Shown: in pieces, positions 47,116-56,369 of the stretch
How positions within the stretch are numbered: the first letter of the stretch is position 1
Layout: each line of letters begins with the position of its first letter
Assembly (NCBI GenBank): GCA_035535495.1
Contig: DATLQA010000029.1
Coordinates: forward strand, 7,447 to 71,446
Direction: 5' to 3'
Length of the DNA stretch: 64,000 nucleotides
Source: Actinomycetota bacterium
GTDB lineage: Bacteria; Actinomycetota; CALGFH01
The notes under the pieces: model-generated
What the model saw: the letters and a program-made list of their open reading frames with translations, nothing else
Databases searched by the model: none
What the model was told of the DNA's origin: nothing
Position numbers and translations under genes: made by a program

Positions 47116-48565
47116 GTGGGGGATTGCTGGCACGCCCGTGCTGGTCGCGGGGCTGGGCGCGTCCGGCCGTGCGGCGGCGCGGCAGCTGGCCGCGCTCGGG
47201 GCCGACGTGCTGGCCTGCGACGACGCACCCGACCTGGACGTGGCCGAGCTGGACGCGGCCGGGATCAAGACCCACCTCGGGCCCGGCTCGGTCGAGCTGC
47301 TCGAAGGCCGGCGGCTCCTGCTGGTCGCGCCGGGCCTGCCAGAGGGCCACCCGTTGATCCAGGCCGCCCTCGGCGCCGACGTGCCGGTCTGGAGCGAGGT
47401 GGAGCTGGGTGTCCGCCTGGCCCGCATGCCGCTGGTCGGGGTGACCGGCACCAACGGCAAGACCACCACCACCGAGCTGGCCGCGGCCATGCTGAACGCC
47501 AGCGGCCTGCACGCCGTGGCCGCCGGCAACGTCGGCCGGCCGCTGGTCGACGCCGTGGTGGCCTCCCCGGCGCCCGAGGCGGTCGTGGTCGAGCTGTCCA
47601 GCTTCCAGCTGCGCTTCACCCACAGCCTCCGCCTGGCCGCCGGGGCCTGGCTCAACCTCGCCCCCGACCACCTCGACTGGCATCCCGACCTGGACGCGTA
47701 CGCCACCGCCAAGGCGCGGGTCTGGGCCAACCAGCGCGGCGACGACTGGGCGCTCTACCCGGCCGACGACCCGGTGGTCGCCGCCTACGCCGCCGCCGCG
47801 CCCGGCCGGCGGGTGCCGTTCTCGACCGGCAAGGCCGAGGCGGGCGGCCTCGGGGTGGAGGCCGGCATCGCCCTGTCGCGCATCCCCGGGGTGGAGGGCG
47901 GGCTGTGGCGCGCGGCCGCGCTGCGCCTGCCCGGCCGCCACAACCTGGCCAACGCGCTGGCCGCGTCCGGTCTGGCGCTGGCGCTCGGCGCCCACCCGGC
48001 GGCCATGGCCAGGGCGGTGGCCGCGTTCCGGCCGGGCCCGCACCGCCTGGCGGAGGTCGGCGAGGTCCGCGGGGTTGCGTTCGTGGACGACTCCAAGGCG
48101 ACCAACCCGCATGCGGCCGTCCAGGCGATCGCGGCCTTCCCGCGGGTCGTCTGGATCGCCGGCGGCCGCAACAAGGGCCTCGGCTTCGACCAGCTGGTCG
48201 CGGCCGCCCTGCCCCGGCTGGTCGGGGCGGTGCTGATCGGCGAGGCGGCGGACGAGCTCGGCGCCGCCCTCGACCGCGCCGGCTTCACCGGCCCGGTGGC
48301 CAGGGCGGCGTCCATGGGCGAGGCCGTCACGGTCGGCTTCGGCCTGGCCGAGGCGGGCGACACGGTGCTGCTGGCGCCGGCCTGCGCCAGCTTCGACATG
48401 TTCACCGACTACGCCGAGCGTGGCCGCGCCTTCGCGGCCGCCGTCGCCCGCCTGGCCGACCGCCATGCCGGGGGGGCGCGGTTTGCCCCCCCGGAGAGTC
48501 GGGGGTCCGGGGAAACGTTTTCAGCTCCTGCGGAGGACGACGGTCATGGCGACCGGCACCCGTGA
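47108..48565 (+). CDS. murD: UDP-N-acetylmuramoylalanine--D-glutamate ligase
   Basis: The probable GTG start overlaps the mraY end by 8 nt. GVTGTNGKTTT is present. The C-terminal tail again covers the repeat element and overlaps the ftsW start by 20 nt. Confidence 0.9.
   Translation: MAEWGIAGTPVLVAGLGASGRAAARQLAALGADVLACDDAPDLDVAELDAAGIKTHLGPGSVELLEGRRLLLVAPGLPEGHPLIQAALGADVPVWSEVELGVRLARMPLVGVTGTNGKTTTTELAAAMLNASGLHAVAAGNVGRPLVDAVVASPAPEAVVVELSSFQLRFTHSLRLAAGAWLNLAPDHLDWHPDLDAYATAKARVWANQRGDDWALYPADDPVVAAYAAAAPGRRVPFSTGKAEAGGLGVEAGIALSRIPGVEGGLWRAAALRLPGRHNLANALAASGLALALGAHPAAMARAVAAFRPGPHRLAEVGEVRGVAFVDDSKATNPHAAVQAIAAFPRVVWIAGGRNKGLGFDQLVAAALPRLVGAVLIGEAADELGAALDRAGFTGPVARAASMGEAVTVGFGLAEAGDTVLLAPACASFDMFTDYAERGRAFAAAVARLADRHAGGARFAPPESRGSGETFSAPAEDDGHGDRHP
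48468..48512 (+). repeat. G-rich GC-hairpin leader element (copy 3): CCGGGGGGGC-GCGGTTT-GCCCCCCCGG then GAGTCGGGGGTCCGGGG
   Basis: The stem is identical to the second hairpin of copy 2. It lies ~35 nt 5' of the ftsW ATG. Confidence 0.5.
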
Positions 48566-50003
48566 GCCGCGCCAAGCCGCCCAGCCGCCCGGGCTGGGGC
48601 CGGGTGCCGTGGCCGCCAGGAGGGACAGCCGGCCCGCGCCGCGGCTCGGCTCCAGCTACTACCTGATCCTCGCCCTGATCGGCACCCTGCTCGCCGTGGG
48701 GCTGGTGATGGTGCTGTCGGCGTCCTCGGTGGCCGCCTTCGCCCGCACCAACGACTCCTACACCTACCTCAAGCGCCAGGCCATCTGGGTCGGGATCGGG
48801 CTGGTGCTGATGTTCGCGGTCAGCCGGGTCGACTACCGGTTCTGGCGCCGCCTCGCCGTCCCCCTCCTCGGGGTGGTGTTCCTGCTGCTGCTGGTGGTGC
48901 TGGTCCACCCGGCCGCGGTGACCGCGTCCGGCTCGACCCGCTGGATCCGGCTCGGGCCGATCACGCTGCAACCCGCCGAGCTGGCCAAGCTGTCGCTGCT
49001 GCTGTTCGCCGCCGACGTGCTGGTGCGCAAGGAGCGCCTGCTCGGCGACGTCCGCCACCTGCTCGTCCCGGTGCTGCCGGTGATGCTCGCGCTGGCCCTG
49101 CTGGTCCTGGCCGAGCCCGACCTCGGCACCACCATGCTGCTGTGCGTGATCGGCTTCGCCATGCTGTTCCTGGCCGGCACGCCCGTCCGCATCCTCGGCG
49201 CCATCGGCCTGATCGGCCTGGTCGGCGCGTCCACCACCATGCGCGGCTACCAGCGGGCCCGGCTGGCCGCCTTCCTCGACCCGGGCGGCGACCCCCAGAA
49301 CACCGGCTTCCAGCTGCTCCAGGGCCACCTCGCGTTCGGCTCGGGCGGGCTGCTCGGGGTCGGCCTCGGCCAGAGCAGGCAGAAGTGGTCGTTCCTGCCC
49401 AACGCCCACACCGACTTCATCTTCGCCGTGATCGGCGAGGAGCTCGGCCTGATCGGCACGCTCGCCGTCCTGGGCATGTTCATCACCTTGGGCTACGCCG
49501 GCGTGCGGGTGGCGCGCCGGTCGGCCGACCCGTTCGGCCGCTACCTCGCCGGCGGGATCACCGTCTGGATCATGGTCCAGGCGCTGGTCAACCTCGGCGC
49601 GGTGGTCGGCCTGCTGCCGATCACCGGCGTGCCGCTGCCGCTGGTCTCCTTCGGCGGCTCCAGCATGCTGGTCCTCCTGGTCGCCATCGGCATGCTGCTC
49701 AACCTGGCCAAGCAGGAGGCATGGCGGCCGCGGTCGGCGGTGCTGGCGACGGCCGCGCCGGCCGAGCGGCGGGACCGGCGCCGCCCCACCGCCACCGTGC
49801 CGCACCGGGCGGCGGCCGGCAGGGCCGCCGGACCGACCCGTGGCGGCCGCGGCACCAGCCTGTCCGGCTCCCGGACGTCCGGCGCGCGCCGGCCCCCGGG
49901 CGGTGCGGAGGGCCGCCGCACGACGTCCGGCCGGACCGGCCCGGACGCGCGGCGGCGCCGCGGAGCCCAGAGCAAGAAGGACCGCCGCAGGAGGGAACGC
50001 TGA
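48546..50003 (+). CDS. ftsW: Peptidoglycan glycosyltransferase FtsW (SEDS family) with a long Arg-rich C-terminal tail
   Basis: SEDS motifs and 10 TM helices are present. GGAGGA precedes the ATG. Confidence 0.9.
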   Translation: MATGTREPRQAAQPPGLGPGAVAARRDSRPAPRLGSSYYLILALIGTLLAVGLVMVLSASSVAAFARTNDSYTYLKRQAIWVGIGLVLMFAVSRVDYRFWRRLAVPLLGVVFLLLLVVLVHPAAVTASGSTRWIRLGPITLQPAELAKLSLLLFAADVLVRKERLLGDVRHLLVPVLPVMLALALLVLAEPDLGTTMLLCVIGFAMLFLAGTPVRILGAIGLIGLVGASTTMRGYQRARLAAFLDPGGDPQNTGFQLLQGHLAFGSGGLLGVGLGQSRQKWSFLPNAHTDFIFAVIGEELGLIGTLAVLGMFITLGYAGVRVARRSADPFGRYLAGGITVWIMVQALVNLGAVVGLLPITGVPLPLVSFGGSSMLVLLVAIGMLLNLAKQEAWRPRSAVLATAAPAERRDRRRPTATVPHRAAAGRAAGPTRGGRGTSLSGSRTSGARRPPGGAEGRRTTSGRTGPDARRRRGAQSKKDRRRRER

Positions 50004-51454
50004 TGACCGCTGAGGAGACCCGCCGGCCGGGCCGCGGCCGGGAGGGACCCCGCGTGCTGGTCGCCGCCGGCGGCACCGGCGGCCACGTGGTGCCCGGGCT
50101 GGCCCTGGCGCGCGCGCTGGTCGAGCGCGTGCCGACCGCGACGGTGAGCTTCGCCGGCACCAGCAGGGGGATCGAGACCCGGGTGGTGCCCGAGGCCGGG
50201 TTCGGCCTCCACCTGCTGCCGATCCTGCCGCTGTCGCGCCGGCTCGCCCTCGAGACGGTGCTGGCGCCGCCGGCCGCCGTGGCCGGCGCCGGCGCGGCCC
50301 TGCGGCTGCTCCGCCGCGAGCGGATCGACGTGGTCGCCGGCATGGGCGGCTACGTCACCCTGCCGGTGGCCGCCGCCGCCAGGATGGCCGGCCTGCCGGT
50401 GGTGCTGCACGAGTCGAACGCCGTGCCTGGCCTGGCCAACCGGCTGGCCGCGCGCTTCGCCAGCCGCGTCGGCGTCGGCGTGGCCGCCGCGATCGAGGCC
50501 TTCCCGCCAGGCAAGGCGGTGATGGTCGGCAACCAGGTCCGGCCCGAGCTGGTCCGGCTCGACCGGGCCTCGCTCCGCACCGAGGCCCTGGCCACGTTCG
50601 GCCTGGAGTCGCGGCGCCGCACCCTGTTCGTGTTCGGCGGCAGCCAGGGCGCCAGGCGCATCAACCAGGCCCTGGTCGCCGCGACCGCGCACTGGCCGGA
50701 GCCGGGCGGCATGCAGGTGCTGCACGCCTGTGGGCGGCGCGACGAGGCCGACGTGCGATCGGCGTGGCGCGCGGCCGACCCCGAGTCGCGCGGCCTGCTG
50801 GTCCGGGTGGTGGCGTTCGTCGACCGCATGGACCTGGCCTACGCCGCCGCCGACCTGGCGGTCACCCGGTCCGGGGCGATGACCATGGCGGAGCTGACCG
50901 CGGTCGGCATGCCGGCGGTGTTGGTCCCGCTGCCCCACGCGGCCGCCGGGCACCAGACCGCCAACGCCCGCGCCGCCGCCGACGCCGGCGGCGCGCAGGT
51001 GATCGACGACGCCCACCTGGACGGGCCGGCCCTGGCGGCGACCGCCGCGCCGCTGCTCGCCGATCCCGGCGAGCTGGCGCGCATGGGCAAGGCCATGCTC
51101 GGCCTGGCCCGGCCGCGGGCCGCCGAGGAACTGGCCGGGCTGGTCCTCGGCGCCCTGCCACCAGGCAAGCGCCCACCGGCGGCCGGCGGCGGCGCCGACC
51201 AGGCCGCCGATCTCGCCACCACCCAGGAGTTCGTCAACTGGTTCGGCCCCGAGCGGGCCAGCCCGGCGGTGCCACGCCAGGCCGAGCCGCCCGCCCGCCC
51301 CGGCCTCGGCCTCACCGGCACGCCCGGTGGCGACCGGCCGGCCGAGAGGGGCGGTGGCCCAGCCGCCGACCAGCCCGCCGAGCCAGGGACCGACCTCGGC
51401 AGCACGGCGGAGTTCGAGGCCTGGTACCGCGACGACGACCAGGAGGAGCGGTGA
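50003..51454 (+). CDS. murG: UDP-N-acetylglucosamine--N-acetylmuramyl-(pentapeptide) pyrophosphoryl-undecaprenol N-acetylglucosamine transferase, with a ~110-aa disordered C-terminal extension
   Basis: The ATG overlaps the ftsW TGA. GGTGGHVVPGLALA is the G-loop. The tail carries a duplicated (T/S)T(Q/A)EF(V/E)(N/A)W(F/Y) motif. Confidence 0.9.
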   Translation: MTAEETRRPGRGREGPRVLVAAGGTGGHVVPGLALARALVERVPTATVSFAGTSRGIETRVVPEAGFGLHLLPILPLSRRLALETVLAPPAAVAGAGAALRLLRRERIDVVAGMGGYVTLPVAAAARMAGLPVVLHESNAVPGLANRLAARFASRVGVGVAAAIEAFPPGKAVMVGNQVRPELVRLDRASLRTEALATFGLESRRRTLFVFGGSQGARRINQALVAATAHWPEPGGMQVLHACGRRDEADVRSAWRAADPESRGLLVRVVAFVDRMDLAYAAADLAVTRSGAMTMAELTAVGMPAVLVPLPHAAAGHQTANARAAADAGGAQVIDDAHLDGPALAATAAPLLADPGELARMGKAMLGLARPRAAEELAGLVLGALPPGKRPPAAGGGADQAADLATTQEFVNWFGPERASPAVPRQAEPPARPGLGLTGTPGGDRPAERGGGPAADQPAEPGTDLGSTAEFEAWYRDDDQEER

Positions 51455-52950
51455 CCAGCCCACCGTCCGGCCCGGCGGGCACCGGCGCCCCAGGCCCAGT
51501 GGGCACCGGCCCGGCGGCACCCGACCTCTCGGCGCCGCGCCGCGTCCACCTCCTCGGGGTGGGCGGCGCCGGCATGAGCGGGCTGGCCCGCCTGCTGCTC
51601 GCCGGCGGGCACGCCGTCACCGGGTCGGACCGGCAGGAGTCGGCCGCGCTGGCCGCGCTCCGCGCCCTCGGGGCCGACGTCTGGGCCGGGCACGACGCCG
51701 CCAGGCTCGGCACCCCGGACCTGGTCGCCGTCTCCACCGCGATCCGGGCCGACAACCCCGAGCTGGCCGAGGCCCGCCGGCGCGGCCTGCCGGTGCTGCG
51801 CCGCGCCCGGCTGCTCGCCCTGCTGATGGAGGGCCGCGTCGGGCTGGCGGTCTCCGGCACCCACGGCAAGACCACCACCACCGCGATGGCCACCGTGATC
51901 CTGCAGGAGGCCGGCTTCGACCCCTCCTGGGCGGTCGGCGGCGACCTGAAGGCGACCGGCGTCAACGCCGGCAGCGGCACCGGCCCCCACTTCGTCGCGG
52001 AGGCCGACGAGTCCGACGGCTCCTTCCTGGAGCTCGCCCCCACGGTCGCGGTGGTCACCAACGTCGAAGCCGACCACCTCGACTACTGGGGCGACCTGGA
52101 GGCTGTCAGGGACGGCTTCCGGCGCTTCCTGGCCAAGCTGCCCGCTGACGGCACGGCGGTGCTCTGCGCCGACGACCCCGGCGCGAGCGCCCTGGCCCCC
52201 GCCGCGCCCTGCGAGGTGGTCACCTACGGCCTCGGCGCCGCCGCCGGCCTCAGGGCGGAGGCGCTGGTCACCACCGGCGACGGCTCGCACTTCGAGGTGG
52301 TCGCCGGCGGCGAGCGCCTCGGCCCGGTCCGCCTGACCGTGCCAGGCCGCCACGTGGTCCAGAACGCCCTCGGCGCGATCGCGGCGACCCGCGCGCTCGG
52401 CGCCCCGTTCGCCGCCGCCCAGGCGGCGCTGGCCCGCTTCAGCGGCGCCGCCAGGCGCTTCCACCACCGCGCCACCGTCGGCGGGGTCACCGTCGTGGAC
52501 GACTACGCCCACCATCCCACCGAGGTGGCCGCCAGCCTGGCCACCGCCCGCCTCGGCGGCTGGTCCAGGGTGGTGGCGGTGTTCCAGCCCCACCTGTACT
52601 CGCGCACCCGCCGGTTCGCCGCCGAGTTCGGCCGCGCCCTCGCCGCCGCCGACGTGGTGCTGGTCACCGACGTCTACGCCGCCCGCGAGGACCCCGAGCC
52701 CGGCGTCGACGGCGCCCTGGTGGTGGCGGCCGCCCGCGAGGCCCGGCCAGGACTGGACGGCGCCTACGTGCCCGACCGCCACGACCTCGCCAAGCACGTG
52801 GCCGCCACCGTCCGGCCGGGCGACCTGGTCCTCACCCTGGGCGCGGGCGACATCACCACCCTCGCCGACGAGCTGGTCGAGCTGCTCACGGCCGGGCCGG
52901 AGGAGGCCACCGGCGGTGCCGGGCCGGCTCCTGACGGAAGGGCGCCATGA
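51451..52950 (+). CDS. murC: UDP-N-acetylmuramate--L-alanine ligase
   Basis: The GTG start follows AGGAGGAG and overlaps murG as GTGA. GTHGKTTTT is present. Confidence 0.95.
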   Translation: MTSPPSGPAGTGAPGPVGTGPAAPDLSAPRRVHLLGVGGAGMSGLARLLLAGGHAVTGSDRQESAALAALRALGADVWAGHDAARLGTPDLVAVSTAIRADNPELAEARRRGLPVLRRARLLALLMEGRVGLAVSGTHGKTTTTAMATVILQEAGFDPSWAVGGDLKATGVNAGSGTGPHFVAEADESDGSFLELAPTVAVVTNVEADHLDYWGDLEAVRDGFRRFLAKLPADGTAVLCADDPGASALAPAAPCEVVTYGLGAAAGLRAEALVTTGDGSHFEVVAGGERLGPVRLTVPGRHVVQNALGAIAATRALGAPFAAAQAALARFSGAARRFHHRATVGGVTVVDDYAHHPTEVAASLATARLGGWSRVVAVFQPHLYSRTRRFAAEFGRALAAADVVLVTDVYAAREDPEPGVDGALVVAAAREARPGLDGAYVPDRHDLAKHVAATVRPGDLVLTLGAGDITTLADELVELLTAGPEEATGGAGPAPDGRAP

Positions 52951-53957
52951 GCCCGGTGACCGGCGTGCCCGCCCCGGCGCCGCTGCGGCCCGGCCCGGTC
53001 GAGGAGGCCGCGCTCGGCGAGGCCCACGCGATGCTCGCCGCCCGCTGCGCCGACCGGGTCAGCCGCGACTTCCAGCTCGCCCCGCTGACCACCTTCCGCC
53101 TCGGCGGGCCGGCGCGGCTGTTCCTCCGCGCCGAGGCCGTGGACGACCTGGTGGCCCTCGCCGCCACCCTCGCCGCCGTACCCGTGCCGCTGCTGATCGT
53201 CGGGCGCGGCTCCAACCTGCTGGTGGCGGACAGCGGCTGGCCGGGGGTGGTGCTCCACCTCGGCCAGCGCCTCCGCGGCATCCGGGTGGAGGGCGAGGAG
53301 CTGGAGGCGGGCGCGGCCACGCCGCTGCCCTCGGTCGCCTCCCGCTCGGCAGCCGCCGGGCTGGGCGGGATCGCGTTCGCGGTGGCCATCCCCGGCAGCG
53401 TCGGCGGCGGCATCCGCATGAACGCCGGCGCGCACGGCAGCGAGCTGGCCGACCGGCTGCTCTGGGCCGAGGTGGTCCCGCTGACCGGCCGGGGGGCCGG
53501 CGAGCCGCGGCGGCGCAAGCCCGACGAGCTCGGCTTGGGCTACCGGCGCTCGGCGCTGCCGGCGGGCACGGTGGTGACCGCGGCCCGCTTCGGCCTCGAA
53601 CCGGCCAGTGAGGCGGCGGTCCGCGAGGAGATCAGCGAGGCGCGCCGCTGGCGGCGTGACAACCAGCCGGTCAACCAGCCCAACTGCGGCAGCGTGTTCG
53701 CCAACCCCGGCGAGCTGGCCGCCGGGCGGGTGATCGAGCAGCTCGGCATGAAGGGTGAACGGGTCGGCGGCGCCCAGGTCAGCGAGGTCCACGCCAACTT
53801 CATCGTGGCCACCGACGGGGCCCGCTCGGCCGACGTGATCGAGCTGATCCGCCGCGCCATGCGCCGCGCCCACGAGCAGCTCGGCATCACCTTGCGCACC
53901 GAGGTCCAGCTGGTCGGCGACTTCGACGCCGACCCTGCCGGGGCGGCGCCCGCATGA
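52947..53957 (+). CDS. murB: UDP-N-acetylenolpyruvoylglucosamine reductase
   Basis: ATGA overlaps murC. The FAD-binding domain motifs are RLGGPARLF and GRGSNLLV. The C-terminal MurB domain is present. Confidence 0.9.
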   Translation: MSPVTGVPAPAPLRPGPVEEAALGEAHAMLAARCADRVSRDFQLAPLTTFRLGGPARLFLRAEAVDDLVALAATLAAVPVPLLIVGRGSNLLVADSGWPGVVLHLGQRLRGIRVEGEELEAGAATPLPSVASRSAAAGLGGIAFAVAIPGSVGGGIRMNAGAHGSELADRLLWAEVVPLTGRGAGEPRRRKPDELGLGYRRSALPAGTVVTAARFGLEPASEAAVREEISEARRWRRDNQPVNQPNCGSVFANPGELAAGRVIEQLGMKGERVGGAQVSEVHANFIVATDGARSADVIELIRRAMRRAHEQLGITLRTEVQLVGDFDADPAGAAPA

Positions 53958-54015
53958 TCCGGCGGCCGACCTGGCACCGCGCCCGGACCGCCGCCCCGGC
54001 CTGGCTGGTGGCGGC

Positions 54016-54891
54016 GTGACGCAGCGAACCGACTCCCGTACCCGCCCGGGCAGGGGCGGGAAGCGGCCGGCGGCCCGGCCGGCCGCGCCCGACCGCCGCA
54101 TCGCCGAGCGGCGGCGCGAGGTGGTCCGCGAGCGGGTGCGGCGGCGGCGCCGGCAGCTGGCCTGGTGCGTGGCGCTGATCCTGGCCGCGGTCGGCGTGTC
54201 GAAGCTGGTCGCCTCGCCCCTGTTCGGGCTCTCCGCCGTCCGGGTCCGCGGCACCATGGTGCTGAGCGAGGACGAGGTGCTGGCCGCGTCGGGCGTCCGC
54301 GTCGGGGAGCCGTACCTCTCGGTCGACCTGGCGGCGATCCGCCACCGGCTCGAGGCGATGCCGTGGGTGGGCCACGCCGAAGTCCGCCGCGACTACCCCT
54401 CCAGCCTGCGCATCACCGTGGCGGAGCGGACCCCGGTGGCCTCGATCGTCGCGGCCAGGCGCTACTGGCTGGTGGCGGCGGACGGGGTGGTGCTGAAGGC
54501 GGCCACCGCCAAGCCGCCGGGGGTGCCGTTCGTCGCCGACGTCCCGGTCCCCGCCGGGGTTGGCCCAGGTGCCCGGCTGCCGGCCGGCGGGCCCCTGTCG
54601 AACGCGATCGACGCGCTCGGCGGGCTCCGGCCCGAGCTGGCCAGGCTGGTCGTGGCCGTGCAAGCGCGCTCGGTGGACAGCCTGCAGTTCCGCCTGCGCG
54701 GGGGCATGCGGGTCCTCTACGGGCTCGCCGCCGACCAGCCGGCCAAGGACACGGCCGTGCTGCTGATCTCCAACAAGCTCAAGCGAGAGGGAAGGAAGGT
54801 GGTGCTGATCGACGTCCGCAACCCGTCCGCACCGACGGTGGCCGGGGAGCAGCGAAGGGCGGTGGTTGACCGGGCTGTGGGCCGCCGGTAG
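54016..54891 (+). CDS. ftsQ: Cell division protein FtsQ (POTRA domain)
   Basis: A basic N-terminus is followed by one TM helix and a POTRA-like region. It is in the conserved position before ftsZ. Confidence 0.8.
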   Translation: MTQRTDSRTRPGRGGKRPAARPAAPDRRIAERRREVVRERVRRRRRQLAWCVALILAAVGVSKLVASPLFGLSAVRVRGTMVLSEDEVLAASGVRVGEPYLSVDLAAIRHRLEAMPWVGHAEVRRDYPSSLRITVAERTPVASIVAARRYWLVAADGVVLKAATAKPPGVPFVADVPVPAGVGPGARLPAGGPLSNAIDALGGLRPELARLVVAVQARSVDSLQFRLRGGMRVLYGLAADQPAKDTAVLLISNKLKREGRKVVLIDVRNPSAPTVAGEQRRAVVDRAVGRR

Positions 54892-55141
54892 CCTCTTCGG
54901 AACCTGGGCTGACCAGCAAGAACCATGAAGCTCAGGTAGAGGCTGAGGCGATCGGCGCCCCCTCGGCGACTTCCCCCTCGTAGTTCCCTGGCCTTCGGTG
55001 CTGGGCGTCTGGCGGCGAAGGCATGGCTTGCGTGGCCTGCTCGAGCAGGCGAAGAGTTGGGGGTTTCGGGCAGCGAAGCGGTAGCCCCCCGGTGACCTAG
55101 AGCACGACGACGTCCGGGATCGGGCGAAGGAGGACGATCGC

Positions 55142-56278
55142 ATGGTGGCGGCGCCGCAGAACTACCTGGCCGTGATCAAAGTGGTCGGGATCGGGGGCGG
55201 CGGCGTCAACGCCGTCAACCGCATGATCGAGGCGGGGCTCAAGGGCGTCGAGTTCATCGCCGTGAACACCGACGCCCAGGCGCTGCTCGCGTCCGACGCC
55301 GACGTCAAGCTGGACGTCGGCCGGGAGCTCACCCGCGGGCTCGGCGCCGGCTCCAATCCCGAGGTCGGCAGGCAGGCCGCCGAAGACCACGCCGACGAGC
55401 TGGAAGAGGTGCTCAAGGGCGCCGACATGGTGTTCGTCACCGCCGGCGAGGGCGGCGGCACCGGCACCGGCGGCGCCCCGGTGGTGGCCCGCATCGCCAA
55501 GGCCCAGGGTGCGCTCACCATCGGGGTGGTCACGCGGCCGTTCGCGTTCGAGGGCCGGCGCCGCTCCGCCCAGGCCGACAAGGGCATCGAGGCACTCAAG
55601 GCCGAGGTCGACACGCTGATCATCATCCCCAACGACCGCCTGCTGCAGGTCGCCGAGCGCACCACCTCCATGCTGGACGCCTTCAAGCTCGCCGACCAGG
55701 TGCTGCTGCAGGGCGTCCAGGGGATCACCGACCTGATCACCATCCCCGGCCTGATCAACCTGGACTTCGCCGACGTGCGCGCGACCATGCGCGAGGCCGG
55801 CACCGCCCTGATGGGCATCGGCCAGGCGCGCGGCGAGGACCGCGCCGTGGTCGCGGCCCAGGAGGCCATCTCCTCGCCGCTGCTCGAGGCGTCCGTGGAC
55901 GGCGCCAGGGGCGTGCTGCTCAACATCTCCGGTGGCTCGGACCTGGGGCTGTTCGAGGTCAACGAGGCCGCCGAGGTGATCGCGTCGGCGGCCCACCCGG
56001 ACGCCAACATCATCTTCGGCGCGGTGATCGTCGACGCCCTCGGCGACGAGGTCCGGGTCACCGTGATCGCGGCCGGCTTCGACCGCACCGAACCGGGCGA
56101 GGAGACCGGCACGCCGCCAACCGTCCGGGCCAGGGACGCTGAGAACGGCTGGCTCGGCGGCCCCCGCCGCACCGAGGACCACCGGCCCCATGAACCCGCC
56201 GAGCAACCAGAGCCCGAGCCCCAGGTGATCCGCCGCGGTGACGACGACCTCGACATCCCGTCGTTTCTCAAGCGCTGA
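55142..56278 (+). CDS. ftsZ: Cell division GTPase FtsZ
   Basis: [10 protein letters not shown], the tubulin signature GGGTGTG and NTDAQAL are present. The RBS is GAAGGAGG. Confidence 0.97.
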   Translation: MVAAPQNYLAVIKVVGIGGGGVNAVNRMIEAGLKGVEFIAVNTDAQALLASDADVKLDVGRELTRGLGAGSNPEVGRQAAEDHADELEEVLKGADMVFVTAGEGGGTGTGGAPVVARIAKAQGALTIGVVTRPFAFEGRRRSAQADKGIEALKAEVDTLIIIPNDRLLQVAERTTSMLDAFKLADQVLLQGVQGITDLITIPGLINLDFADVRATMREAGTALMGIGQARGEDRAVVAAQEAISSPLLEASVDGARGVLLNISGGSDLGLFEVNEAAEVIASAAHPDANIIFGAVIVDALGDEVRVTVIAAGFDRTEPGEETGTPPTVRARDAENGWLGGPRRTEDHRPHEPAEQPEPEPQVIRRGDDDLDIPSFLKR

Positions 56279-56369
56279 CGGCGACCCGCCCAGCGGCCTG
56301 ACCTGGCGGCCCGCGCCACCGGGGCAGGCCGGCGCGGACCCTGCCGGGTCGGCGCCGGCGTGGCCGCCC

